Shown here piece by piece: positions 1-9,427 of a stretch of DNA of 38,864 bases. The notes below the pieces were generated by a model. It searched no databases. It was not told the origin of the DNA and saw only the letters and a list, made by a program, of their open reading frames with translations. Numbering within the stretch: the first letter of the stretch is position 1; each line of letters opens with the position of its first letter. This stretch comes from Methanothrix sp. (lineage in GTDB: Archaea; Halobacteriota; Methanosarcinia; Methanotrichales; Methanotrichaceae): positions 1-38,864 of the forward strand of contig JAXGJB010000027.1 in NCBI GenBank assembly GCA_040770465.1, in the 5' to 3' direction. The position numbers and the translations under genes were made by a program.

Positions 1-692
1 CCTGGGCCTGCCACCCCCAGCATTTGGGCCAGCTCAATGGTCCCGACGCCGTCCAGAAGCGTCGCCCGCCACCCCAGGGCCGCCGAGGCGATGCTCAAGG
101 CCGCCAGGGCGTGGCCGAGGTTCAGGTGGAGGTAGCGGAAGGCCCTCTCGCCGTACTTCCAGGACTCTCGCCAGGGGATGGAGGTGAGGCCGACGAGGAC
201 CGTCCCCTCCGGCAGTCTCATCTCGCGCCAGGCCTCCTCCGAGAACCGGCCTATCACCTCTAGGCCGTGCTCCCGAGGCGCGTAGTGGGCGATGGTCGGA
301 GAGTCGAAGAGCCCCGGGACCGGCCCCGAGATCAGGTACCCCTCCGTCGGGTGGAGGTTTCCGCTGGAGGGATTGACCCGCAAGGCCCATGCCGCCCCGC
401 CAGCCCGCCTCCAGGCCGATATTGCGAGGGAATCGAAGAGGAGCTGGGATACGGTCTCGAAGCTCAAGAGCCGGGGTGGGACGTTCCCCTCGGAAAGGGC
501 GAGGTCAAACTCTGGCCCCTCGCCGGGCGAGGGCTCGGGACGGGCCAGCTCCACGAGCTCTGCGCCACGGTAACGACGAAATGGGGCTGGCTCGTTTGCC
601 CAGTCCATCGTCTTCGGGCCTGGGGCCATTTTTGTGAAGCTGTGCTTTGTCGCCTGGTGGTAGGCGAGAACAGATTCGAGCTCTTGGGACAA
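1..692 (-). CDS. SagB/ThcOx-type nitroreductase-family protein, 5' part only (runs off the left edge; absent from the ORF track)
   Basis: Manual translation from TTG at 692 (GGAGG at 706-702): MSQELESVLAYHQATKH...DWANEPAPFRRY...LRVNPSSGNLHPTEGY...WRESWKYGERAFRY, motifs typical of this family; no stop before position 1. Confidence 0.85.
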   Translation of the reverse strand, partial: MSQELESVLAYHQATKHSFTKMAPGPKTMDWANEPAPFRRYRGAELVELARPEPSPGEGPEFDLALSEGNVPPRLLSFETVSQLLFDSLAISAWRRAGGAAWALRVNPSSGNLHPTEGYLISGPVPGLFDSPTIAHYAPREHGLEVIGRFSEEAWREMRLPEGTVLVGLTSIPWRESWKYGERAFRYLHLNLGHALAALSIASAALGWRATLLDGVGTIELAQMLGVAGP

Positions 693-1056
693 TTCGAGAT
701 TCCTCCTGGGCGGGTCGGGAGTCGGGGGTTGGGCTAGTTCCCTTTCTCAAGCTGTTTTATTCGTATAACAATCTGAGGCAATAACCAGAGATAATCCTCA
801 ATGGTCCGCTTCGTGAGGCCCGAATACCGAATATGTCTTTACCCATCCTTAGATATCACCATCTGATCTTTCAACTGTTCGATCTCGCGAAGTCGTATGT
901 CACCTACTAAACCGAACTCCCTCAAAGCTGGCGTTTTTGGAGAATTTCGCCAACTTTGCATAAGTGTACTATTCGATACATTCCTCACATAAGGCTACTA
1001 CTCATAGAAACCTTTTTACTTTGTGGCATTCACACAAACTAATAAGGGTGAACAAG

Positions 1057-2673
1057 ATGAGACTGAAGCTAATATACATTCTGTTGATGCTAGCATCGCT
1101 AGCAATGCCAGCCGTGGCGGATGAGGTGGAAACAGAAGTCGTATTCCCCGATCCGAACCTTGAGGATGCCGTAAGAGACACGATCGATAAACCAGAAGGT
1201 CCCATCTATGCTGCAGATCTAGAACAGATCGATCGTCTTGGGGCGAATAAAAGTAACATCAGAGATCTTACCGGGCTGGAGTATTGTAATCACCTGCAAG
1301 AACTGTGGCTAAGACGCAACGATATAACTGACGTATCTCCGCTGGCAGGCCTCACTAACCTGGAGAATCTGTACCTAGGGGGCAACCAGATAACCGATGT
1401 TTCTCCGCTGGCGGGCCTCACTAACCTGCTGAAACTTGACCTAGACGACAATCAACTAACCGACGTCTCACCTCTGGCAGGCCTCACTAAACTGCAATAT
1501 CTGGACCTAGACGATCATCAAGACGACAATCAACTAACCGACATCTCTCCGCTGGCAGGCCTCACTAACCTGGAAGATCTGTACCTAGGGGGCAACCAGA
1601 TAACCGATGTATCTCCGCTGGCTGGGCTCACTAACCTGCGATATCTGGTCCTAAGGTGGAACCGGATAACCGACGTATCTCCGCTGGCTGGGCTCACTAA
1701 CCTGAAATCTCTGAACTTATGGTACAATGAGATAACCGACGTCTCTCCCCTGATGGGGTTGACTAACCTGCAAGAACTGGGCCTTGAGCGCAATCAGATA
1801 ACCGACATCTCTCCGCTGGCGGGCCTCACTGACCTGAAATATCTGGACCTAAGTAGCAACGAGATAACCGACGTATCTCCGCTGGCAGGCCTCATTAACC
1901 TGCAATACCTGGACCTAGAGGGCAACCTGGAAGCTCTGTACCTGGGGGGCAGGGGCAATCAGATAACCGACGTCTCTCCTCTGGCAGGCCTCATTAACCT
2001 GCAATATCTGGTCCTAAGGTGGAACCGGATAACCGACGTCTCTCCTCTAGCGGGCCTCACTAACTTGCAAGAACTGCAACTAGGTGAAAACCAGATAACA
2101 AATGTCTCTCCTCTGGTGGGCCTCACTAACCTGCAAATTCTGGACCTATGGGGTAACGAGATAATCGACGTCTCTCCTCTAGCAGGCCTCACCAACCTGC
2201 AAGAACTATCCCTATCGTACAACCAGATAACCGATGTCTCTCCTCTAGCGGGCCTCACTAACCTGCAAAAACTGTACCTACAGAGGAATGAGATAACCGA
2301 CATCTCTCCTCTGGCGGGCCTCACAAAACTGCAAATTCTGAACCTAGAGAATAACGAGATAATCGACGTCTCTCCTCTAGCAGGTCTCACTAACCTGCAA
2401 GAACTGGACCTAAGTAGCAATGACATAATCGACGTCTCTCCTCTGGCAGACCTCACCAACCTGGAAAAACTGGACCTAGCATGGAACCAGATCATCGACA
2501 TTTCCCCTCTGGCGTGCCTCACTAACCTGAAAACTCTGGACCTACGGAGCAACCAGATAACAGATGTTTCTACGCTGACAGGCCTCACAAACCTGCAATA
2601 TCTGAAACTAGAGGACAACGATATAACCGACGTTTTCCCTCTAGAGGGCCTCACAGCTAAAATAACATATTAA
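1057..2673 (+). CDS. Secreted internalin-like leucine-rich repeat protein
   Basis: Signal peptide MRLKLIYILLMLASLAMPAVA from ATG 1057; cap motif FPDPNLEDAVR; about 20 repeats of LxxLxLxxNxITDVSPLAGLTN. Confidence 0.93.
   Translation: MRLKLIYILLMLASLAMPAVADEVETEVVFPDPNLEDAVRDTIDKPEGPIYAADLEQIDRLGANKSNIRDLTGLEYCNHLQELWLRRNDITDVSPLAGLTNLENLYLGGNQITDVSPLAGLTNLLKLDLDDNQLTDVSPLAGLTKLQYLDLDDHQDDNQLTDISPLAGLTNLEDLYLGGNQITDVSPLAGLTNLRYLVLRWNRITDVSPLAGLTNLKSLNLWYNEITDVSPLMGLTNLQELGLERNQITDISPLAGLTDLKYLDLSSNEITDVSPLAGLINLQYLDLEGNLEALYLGGRGNQITDVSPLAGLINLQYLVLRWNRITDVSPLAGLTNLQELQLGENQITNVSPLVGLTNLQILDLWGNEIIDVSPLAGLTNLQELSLSYNQITDVSPLAGLTNLQKLYLQRNEITDISPLAGLTKLQILNLENNEIIDVSPLAGLTNLQELDLSSNDIIDVSPLADLTNLEKLDLAWNQIIDISPLACLTNLKTLDLRSNQITDVSTLTGLTNLQYLKLEDNDITDVFPLEGLTAKITY
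1294..2655 (+). repeat. Intragenic tandem array of about 20 x 66-bp (22-aa) LRR units
   Basis: Recurring ataaccgacgtctctcctctggcgggcctcactaacctg core; two units carry insertions. Confidence 0.95.
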
Positions 2674-2690
2674 AGCCAACAGAGAATCGA

Positions 2691-3710
2691 TCACCTTCGC
2701 CCGGGAGGACAGCGCTGGGACAACAGACACCCTCGCCTGACGTCGACGAGCCCCTCCTCGCCCCCGCGTTCGAAGCCCTCCTCATCTAATCTGGCGAGGA
2801 CCTCCTCGACGAACCCTGCGATCCCGCCCGGATGATACGCCTCGATGGCGTCCAGCTCCGCGATCCTCTCGGGGTCGAGGCCCGAGGGCTTGACGCGCCA
2901 GCTGTACAACTTCTTCTCCTCCTTCGAGCTCGCCTTCCCCGTAATCGTTGGAATCCCGAGGTCCAAGACCTGGCGGGGGGAGAGGCCGACCCGCACCATC
3001 CTGAGGTCCGGTCCGTCGCCTGCGGAGCTGATCTGGTCCTTTATCAGTGAACTGAGATCCCTGCAGAATGCGACGCCCGACGGGGATAGGTCCGAGAGGC
3101 AGAGGGCGATCGTCGGGCTCCGGCCACGGCTCTTCGCGCCCCCGGCGCGGGCGATGAGCCGCTCCACCGCCTCAGCCGTCGGCCTGCCCTCGACGGAGAC
3201 GAGGGCTGCGCCCATTTTCGTGCAGACGGGAAGGACCAGCCGGGCGAGGCCGGGCCCCGCCATCCACAGCTCGATCCTCGGCCGCTCGGAGCCGGCGGCC
3301 CCGGCCTCCTTAACATCCTCCACCTCCACCTCGGCCTCCGGCGGCACGAACTCGCCGACGAGAGGCTCCAGGATCGCGTCCTCGGGGAGACGGCCGAAGA
3401 GCTTCGCCCTATCGACCCACTTCTCGAGCTTGGGGCAGTCGGTCTCGTGATACCTTCTTACCGCCCTGATCTCGCCGACGAACCCGCCGCAGATGGGGTA
3501 GTCGGCGGCCTCTCGCCCCAGGGCGAAGTAGTAGAGGGCGGCGACGGTCGTCTGCGGCCGCCCAAACTCCCGATAGACTCCCGCAACCCAGCCCGTCTTC
3601 GTCCTGTCCACCGCGGCCTCGATGGGCCTGTCGACGATCTCCTTCATCTCCCTCACCAAACGCTGCCTGAAGATATCAGCCTGGCGGCGGCACCCTCCCT
3701 TCTTTGCCAT
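2691..3710 (-). CDS. Hypothetical protein resembling the TOPRIM/TopoVI-A-like family, with degenerate acidic motifs
   Basis: Motif order TTVAALYY, RAKLFGRLPEDAI, IELWMAG, LSDLSPSG, RVGLSPRQV, ELDAI matches that family from memory; start is ATG 3710 or 3770. Confidence 0.55.
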   Translation of the reverse strand: MAKKGGCRRQADIFRQRLVREMKEIVDRPIEAAVDRTKTGWVAGVYREFGRPQTTVAALYYFALGREAADYPICGGFVGEIRAVRRYHETDCPKLEKWVDRAKLFGRLPEDAILEPLVGEFVPPEAEVEVEDVKEAGAAGSERPRIELWMAGPGLARLVLPVCTKMGAALVSVEGRPTAEAVERLIARAGGAKSRGRSPTIALCLSDLSPSGVAFCRDLSSLIKDQISSAGDGPDLRMVRVGLSPRQVLDLGIPTITGKASSKEEKKLYSWRVKPSGLDPERIAELDAIEAYHPGGIAGFVEEVLARLDEEGFERGGEEGLVDVRRGCLLSQRCPPGRR

Positions 3711-3931
3711 CAGGTACCGTCGTCGCCCCTTACCGGCTCGCGCATCCGGGCTCTTTGTTTTGAGCCCCATCGCGCGAAAATCGCCCGGCTCCGGGTCGAT
3801 CGATCGACTTGCTATCGTTTCGCCGTCGATCTTTCCTCAGGCCGGTTGCGGGTCGGAGCCGCCACCTTCTGCACAAGGGTTTTAGCCGAAAAGATCCATC
3901 TTGAAGTTAGAGCGACCGAGAAGTTGTAGTC

Positions 3932-4276
3932 ATGTCAAATACCAAGATCGATTCCACGGCAGATGAGGCAGACCGCTTCCTCTCCGAGATCCGTAAGCTT
4001 CGGGGCGGGCGAGAGGCAGGCGACGAGGAGGAGGAGGACTGGGTCGAGAGGGCGGTGGACCTGAAGGTAGATCAGCTCCTGGACCTCTCCGAGTGCCTGC
4101 GAAACCTGGAGCCCTCCCAGGAGATCCTCGAGATCAGAAACGAGTGCGACGGGATCGTGGAAGAGATGGTGACTGGAAGGCTCGGGGGCGAGGCGGCCGT
4201 GGGCCAGACCGACGCTTTCCTCTGCAAAGCTGCCACCCTCATCATGGAACGGCTGATGGGCGAGATCGAAGAGTGA
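3932..4276 (+). CDS. Small acidic helical hypothetical protein
   Basis: 114-aa ATG ORF with host-like codon usage filling the gap between neighbours. Confidence 0.75.
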   Translation: MSNTKIDSTADEADRFLSEIRKLRGGREAGDEEEEDWVERAVDLKVDQLLDLSECLRNLEPSQEILEIRNECDGIVEEMVTGRLGGEAAVGQTDAFLCKAATLIMERLMGEIEE

Positions 4277-4387
4277 AATCTCGAAGATCCGAGATAAGAT
4301 TCCAATCAGATCTCATCTCAGATCTCATCTTCTGAATTTTGCCTCATTTTTGCCTCATCGAAGTTCATAATCTCGGTCCATCAGGCA

Positions 4388-6121
4388 TCAGGCCTCTTTC
4401 GCCCGCAGGGGGTATCCCTCGGAGACTGACCAGGCCCCGCCTCTGAGATCGGTTACCTCCCGTTTCTGCCCCAGGTCCGGGGCCACATCCAGAAGCCTCA
4501 TGGTGTAGGGGTGGACGGGGCTCGTCGTCACCTCGCTCGTCGCCCCCTCCTCGACGATCTTCCCTTCCAGCATCACCGCCATCCTGTCGCTCACCTTCCG
4601 TGCCAGGGCGATGTCGTGGGTGATGAAGAGGATTGATAGGCCCCTCTTCTCCTGGAGATCGAGGAGGAGCTTGAGGATCTTCGCTTGGACGCTGGCGTCG
4701 AGGGACGACGTCGGCTCGTCGGCTATGAGGAGCTTCGGGTTGAGGACGAGGGCCCTTGCGATCGCCACCCTCTGGGCCTCGCCGCCGCTGATCTGGTGGG
4801 GGTACTTCTTCAGGAAGGCGTCGTCGGAAGGAAGCTCCACCTCTTCGAGGGCCTTTCTTGCGGTCTCGATCCTCTCTGTGGCGCTTCCCACCTTCTGGAC
4901 CTGGAGGGGCTCGATGACGGCATCCAGGACGTTCATCCGGTGGCTTATCGACTCCTTCGGGTTCTGATAGATCATCTGGACACGCCTGTAGAAGTCCCGG
5001 TCCCTCCGGAGGAGGGGCTCGCCATCCAGCCGGATCTCGCCCTCAGATTGGTCGAAGAGGCCGATGACGGTCTTGGCGAGGGTGGTCTTGCCAGAGCCGC
5101 TCTCCCCGACGAGGGCGATCGTCTCCCCCTCGAAGAGGGTCAGGTCGATCCCGTCGACGGCCGCAAAATCGCCGAATTTCGTCCGTAGGTTCTCCAGCTC
5201 CAGGAGGGGGACGATCCCGCCCCGGTGGCAGGCGATCAAGCGGTCTCCGACCTCCGAGAGGGGCGGGACATCTTTTCCGCACCGGTCGATCCTCTGGGTG
5301 CACCGGTCGCTGAAGGGACAGCCTGGAACGCCGTGGACCAGCATCCCCGGTATCCCCTGAAGGTCCTTAGTGGTGGTCATGTTTGGCGACGACCTGATCA
5401 GCCCCCGGGTGTAGGGGTGGCGCGGGTTCTCCAGAAGGTCCCGGGTCTCGCCAAGCTCGACGATCCTTCCGGCGTAGAGGACCGCCATCTTCTCCGCGAG
5501 CTTCGCGGCGGTGGAGAGGTCGTGGGTTATGACCAGGACGATCTTCTCCCTGATCCTCTCCCTCAGAAGCTGGATGATATCGGCCTTGGTGACGGCGTCG
5601 AGGGATGCCGTCGGCTCGTCGAGGATCAGAACCTGGGGGTCGTTTGCAAGAGCCATGGCGATGAGGACCCTCTGCTTCTCCCCCCCGCTCAACTGGTGAG
5701 GGAACGATCCCCCCTTCTCCCTGCCCAGGCCGACAGAACTGAGGAGGCCGTTGACTCGGCCCCCGACGTCCCCGGCGTCGCCCCTCTCCCGATGGGCGAG
5801 GATCGCCTCCTCGATCTGGGACGAGACGGTCATGAGGGGGTCGAGGGCGTCCTCGACGTTCTGAAAGACCATGGCCATATCCTTCCCCCGAAACTTCCGG
5901 AGCCCTCCTTCGTCCAGAGCCGTCAGGTCCTTTCCGTCCAGGAGGATTCTTCCCGAGACCTGGCCATCCAATAGGCCCATGAGGGCAAGCCCCAGGGTGG
6001 TCTTCCCGGCCCCGGACTCGCCGATGATCGCGAGGGTGTCGCCCCGGAGGAGGTCGAGGTCGATTCCAGCCAGGATCTCGGCACCGTCGTAAGACGCCTT
6101 CAAGTCGCTGATTTCAAGCAA
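4388..6121 (-). CDS. Opp/Dpp/Nik-family ABC ATPase with two fused ATPase domains
   Basis: Two Walker A motifs (GESGAGKT, GESGSGKT), LSGGEKQR and ISGGEAQR signatures, HPYT motifs, CPFSDRC Cys cluster. Confidence 0.95.
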   Translation of the reverse strand: MLEISDLKASYDGAEILAGIDLDLLRGDTLAIIGESGAGKTTLGLALMGLLDGQVSGRILLDGKDLTALDEGGLRKFRGKDMAMVFQNVEDALDPLMTVSSQIEEAILAHRERGDAGDVGGRVNGLLSSVGLGREKGGSFPHQLSGGEKQRVLIAMALANDPQVLILDEPTASLDAVTKADIIQLLRERIREKIVLVITHDLSTAAKLAEKMAVLYAGRIVELGETRDLLENPRHPYTRGLIRSSPNMTTTKDLQGIPGMLVHGVPGCPFSDRCTQRIDRCGKDVPPLSEVGDRLIACHRGGIVPLLELENLRTKFGDFAAVDGIDLTLFEGETIALVGESGSGKTTLAKTVIGLFDQSEGEIRLDGEPLLRRDRDFYRRVQMIYQNPKESISHRMNVLDAVIEPLQVQKVGSATERIETARKALEEVELPSDDAFLKKYPHQISGGEAQRVAIARALVLNPKLLIADEPTSSLDASVQAKILKLLLDLQEKRGLSILFITHDIALARKVSDRMAVMLEGKIVEEGATSEVTTSPVHPYTMRLLDVAPDLGQKREVTDLRGGAWSVSEGYPLRAKEA

Positions 6122-6123
6122 AG

Positions 6124-6990
6124 TCAGATTCCTCCATCATGGTGGTGGTCGTCTTTCTCCCTTAGCCTCGGGTCGAGGACCCCCTCCAAGGCGAAGCCGG
6201 TGAAGCTGAGCCCGATCAGGGTGAGGGAGAGGGCGATCCCCGTAGGCAAGAGCCACCACTTCCAGACCTCCAGGTAGGTGAAGACCCGGGCGTACTGCAT
6301 CATCTTCCCCCAGCTCATCAGCGAGGGGTCTGAGATCCCCAAAAACGAGAGCCCCGCCTCCATGAAGACGGCGCGTCTTGCATCCTGGATCATTATCGCC
6401 ACCAGGACCGGCGCCAGGTCCGGGACGATGTGGCGAAATAGAAGGTGAGACCAGCCCGCCCCAAAGGTCAGGGCCGCCGAGACGTGCATCCTCTCCTTCA
6501 GGGTGAGGGTCTGAGCCCTTATCACCCTCGCCCCTCCGGGCCACGAGAGGGCGGATAGGAGGAGGATCATCATGAGGACGTTGGGCCGGAGGTAGGCGGC
6601 CACCAGGATTATCACGATCACGTCGGGGATGGCGATGCTGGCGTCGACGACCCTCATCCAGAACCGATCGTAGAGGCCGCCGAAGATCGCCGAAGTCCCG
6701 CCGATGAGGACGCTGATGAAGGCCGAGAGGAGGGCGACCCCGAAGCCGACGGACAGGGAGGTTCGGGCTCCGTAGAGGAGCTGGGTCCAGATGTCCTGCC
6801 GGGCGTCGTTGGTGCCGAGCCAGTGCTCCGCCGAGGGGGGGCTGAAGGCGGGGGTGTCGGTGTTCTCCCGTGGGGAGTAGGGAGAGAGGAGCGGGGCGAA
6901 GACCGCGAGGAGAACCATCAGTCCTATGAGAATGAGCCCCGCCCTTCCTGCGCCCCTCTCAGCCACCTCGTGCCAGACGTCAACGTGCAT
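6124..6990 (-). CDS. Opp/Dpp/Nik ABC permease, C-type
   Basis: PSAEHWLGT...LLYGARTSL, EAGLSFLG, DPR terminus; GAGGGTGA upstream of ATG. Confidence 0.93.
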   Translation of the reverse strand: MHVDVWHEVAERGAGRAGLILIGLMVLLAVFAPLLSPYSPRENTDTPAFSPPSAEHWLGTNDARQDIWTQLLYGARTSLSVGFGVALLSAFISVLIGGTSAIFGGLYDRFWMRVVDASIAIPDVIVIILVAAYLRPNVLMMILLLSALSWPGGARVIRAQTLTLKERMHVSAALTFGAGWSHLLFRHIVPDLAPVLVAIMIQDARRAVFMEAGLSFLGISDPSLMSWGKMMQYARVFTYLEVWKWWLLPTGIALSLTLIGLSFTGFALEGVLDPRLREKDDHHHDGGI

Positions 6991-8047
6991 GGCTCACCCT
7001 CGGATCGAGCTTTGAATAGAGGAGGTCCACCATGAGGTTTGCAGCCAGCACCGCCAACGTCACGAGCAGGAGGATCCCCTGGATCAGGGGGTAGTCCCGG
7101 GTTAGAAGGGAGTTGTAGAGGAGCCATCCGACGCCGGGGTAGGAGAATACGATCTCGACGAAGAGCGCTCCTGTGATGACGTGGGGCATCATGAGCCCCG
7201 TCGAGGTCACCACCGGGAGGAGGGAGTTTCGACCGGCGTGCCTGTACTTGATCTGCCTCTCGGAGCAGCCTTTCGCCTTCGCCGTGAGGATGAAGTTCTC
7301 CTTCAGGGTGGTGATCATGGTGTTTCTTGTTAGAAGGTATGCCGATGTGACCCGCACCAGGACGAGGGCCGCCAGGGGGGCCAGAAGATGGTGAAGGATG
7401 TCGATTGCCAGTGGGAACCCCTCAAGCCCGCTGTATGGGGTGAGGGCCCCAGATAGGGGGACGACCCCAAAGACCACCCCGAAGACCAGGAGGAGGACGA
7501 TCCCCATGAAGAAGTCGGGAAATCCGTTGAGGAACATGAGCCCCGCAAGGAGCGTTTTGTCGAGGCTCTGCCCCCGGCGGTACCCCGACTCGATCCCCAG
7601 GACGAATCCCAGAAGGGTTGATATGATCAAAGCAGTGCCCGTGAGAAGGAGCGTCCAGGGGAGAAAGTCGAGGATCACCGTCAGGACATCCTGGTGGTAG
7701 TAGTAGGAATGGCCCAGGTCGCCGTTTGCGAGCGAGGTGATGTATGCCAAGAACTGCTGGCTCACCGACTGGTCGAGGGAGAGCCGCTGGATCAGCTCGG
7801 CTTTCAGCTGGGGCGTCATGGCCAAAAGCGCCTCCTCGCCGTAGATCGCCTGGAAGGGGTCTCCGGGCATCATCCGCGGGAGGGCGAAGTTGAGGGTTAG
7901 GATGATGGCGAAGGCTATGATGTAGTTGGTGAAGAAGGCGGCTCGTCTGAGGGCGGCCCTCCCCCTCGCCACGGCCTTCTGGAAATTCCAATCCAGCTTC
8001 AGGCTTTCCAGATGGCGCTTATGAAGGTCCTGCATCGAATTTCGCAC
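6980..8047 (-). CDS. Opp/Dpp/Nik ABC permease, B-type (start uncertain)
   Basis: PRMMPGDP, GDLGHSY, TAKAKG, RDYPLIQG, LDPR motifs. Confidence 0.93.
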   Translation of the reverse strand: MRNSMQDLHKRHLESLKLDWNFQKAVARGRAALRRAAFFTNYIIAFAIILTLNFALPRMMPGDPFQAIYGEEALLAMTPQLKAELIQRLSLDQSVSQQFLAYITSLANGDLGHSYYYHQDVLTVILDFLPWTLLLTGTALIISTLLGFVLGIESGYRRGQSLDKTLLAGLMFLNGFPDFFMGIVLLLVFGVVFGVVPLSGALTPYSGLEGFPLAIDILHHLLAPLAALVLVRVTSAYLLTRNTMITTLKENFILTAKAKGCSERQIKYRHAGRNSLLPVVTSTGLMMPHVITGALFVEIVFSYPGVGWLLYNSLLTRDYPLIQGILLLVTLAVLAANLMVDLLYSKLDPRVSHAR

Positions 8048-8186
8048 CCCATCATCTTAATAAATCCCGATTAATATTGCGCTTAATTTCTCAACGATCC
8101 ATGTAATCAGGTCATTATTTATGAAACTTTCCCGAATCGTATGCGTGAAAATGCATCAAGCTGATGAACTATAACACAAAATCCAT

Positions 8187-9320
8187 GAGGATTTCGATTT
8201 ACTGGTTGAGAGAGCGCGTTTTGGTCCCCAAATCCAATTATCAGCGTCATATTTGCCCCGCTCACGCGCCATATCTTCTTAATTTGGCCTAATTCTCAGC
8301 AATTTTAGATAGCTTCCGCTATCTTCAGATAACCTCCGCTCTTTTTAGTGTGTATAGCTGATACAGATTATACGCGATGGCTGCAACTATCATTTTACCA
8401 TGAACCCTTTTCATAGTTGTAACCAGAACCCTGCCTGCTCCAAAAACTCGCTTTATAACCGCGAAGGGTCTTTCTCCAGGTGATCTCAGCTTACTTATCA
8501 GCCGATTCCGTTCATTTTCGAGTTCATCCAGCGGTCTTTCCGTCGTCCTTCTCTTCATAGTGAAATCTTCACCCCTCGCAGGCACCCCAAAATATCCCTT
8601 ATCTCTAAGCACCACCTCTCCTGGAACGGAAAGATCGACTCTGCTATCGTGGACCTTTGCTGTGGTCGTATCTATCTCACGGATAAGTGCATAGTCCAAA
8701 TCTACTTTAGAATGAAGTTTATACCCAAAGTGAAGCTCTTCACCCTTCTTTGTCCACGTGCCATCTTTGCTTCGGCGAGTTTTAGCTTGATCACCACGAG
8801 GTTTTTTAGATGAACCAGGATCAGCTTCAATGAATGTAGCATCCTGGATTGTTCCACGTTTCACCATTAGTCCCTTAGAATCCAACTGATGTCTGAATTC
8901 ATCCCAGACTCGATCGTACGTTCCTGTCTCTATCATCCGCTCCTTGAACAGCCATACCGTGCTGGAATCAGGGACCCGCTCCGGAAAACCAAGAAATCCC
9001 ATAAACGACACACGATCCTTGATCTGTCTCACAACTTCAAGGTCGCTTAGACCGTACCACTCCTCAAGTATCAGAATCCTGAACATCATCAGAACGTCGC
9101 AATTAGGTCGCCCACCTTTCTCGCTTTTGTTCCGGTACATCTCCTCAAGTAGCTCGCGAATAGGTTTCCAGTCTATGATATCAACTATCTGCAAGAGCCG
9201 GTTCTCTGATTTCTGCTTACTGTAAACTTCTCGGAACGCCCAGGCCGAAAAAGTATTCATAATTATTAATTGTTTTAATACTATTTAAACATTGCTATAT
9301 TTAGGTTTTTCGAAATCCTC
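8187..9320 (-). mobile_element. Complete IS5-family insertion sequence (1134 bp)
   Basis: Terminal inverted repeats GAGGATTTCGA (8187-8197) / TCGAAATCCTC (9310-9320); 4-bp target duplication CCAT at 8183-8186 and 9321-9324; lower GC than flanks. Confidence 0.93.
8325..9260 (-). CDS. IS5-family DDE transposase
   Basis: GRP...YGLSD, PDSSTVWLF, QDATFIEA, FGYKLH, DKGY, ERPFAVIKR. Confidence 0.95.
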   Translation of the reverse strand: MNTFSAWAFREVYSKQKSENRLLQIVDIIDWKPIRELLEEMYRNKSEKGGRPNCDVLMMFRILILEEWYGLSDLEVVRQIKDRVSFMGFLGFPERVPDSSTVWLFKERMIETGTYDRVWDEFRHQLDSKGLMVKRGTIQDATFIEADPGSSKKPRGDQAKTRRSKDGTWTKKGEELHFGYKLHSKVDLDYALIREIDTTTAKVHDSRVDLSVPGEVVLRDKGYFGVPARGEDFTMKRRTTERPLDELENERNRLISKLRSPGERPFAVIKRVFGAGRVLVTTMKRVHGKMIVAAIAYNLYQLYTLKRAEVI

Positions 9321-9427
9321 CCATGACAAATAAATAGAATAGCCCGTAGATTTGGGGAAATCAGGGGAGATTATGGTGGCCAGAACTTTCATGGTGGCAA
9401 ATTCGCATGATCTTCGAAGCTCAGCCG

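Noticed and set aside
24-750. Short ORFs listed in the first 750 bp
   Set aside because: They are shadows of the minus-strand SagB-type gene
1959-2654. 231-aa antisense ORF in the LRR gene, and similar long antisense or off-frame ORFs (5225-5974, 11073-11894, 12540-13274, 24905-26029, 28830-29390, 36234-37562)
   Set aside because: They fully overlap well-supported genes and are explained by repeat structure or high GC; none has recognisable motifs
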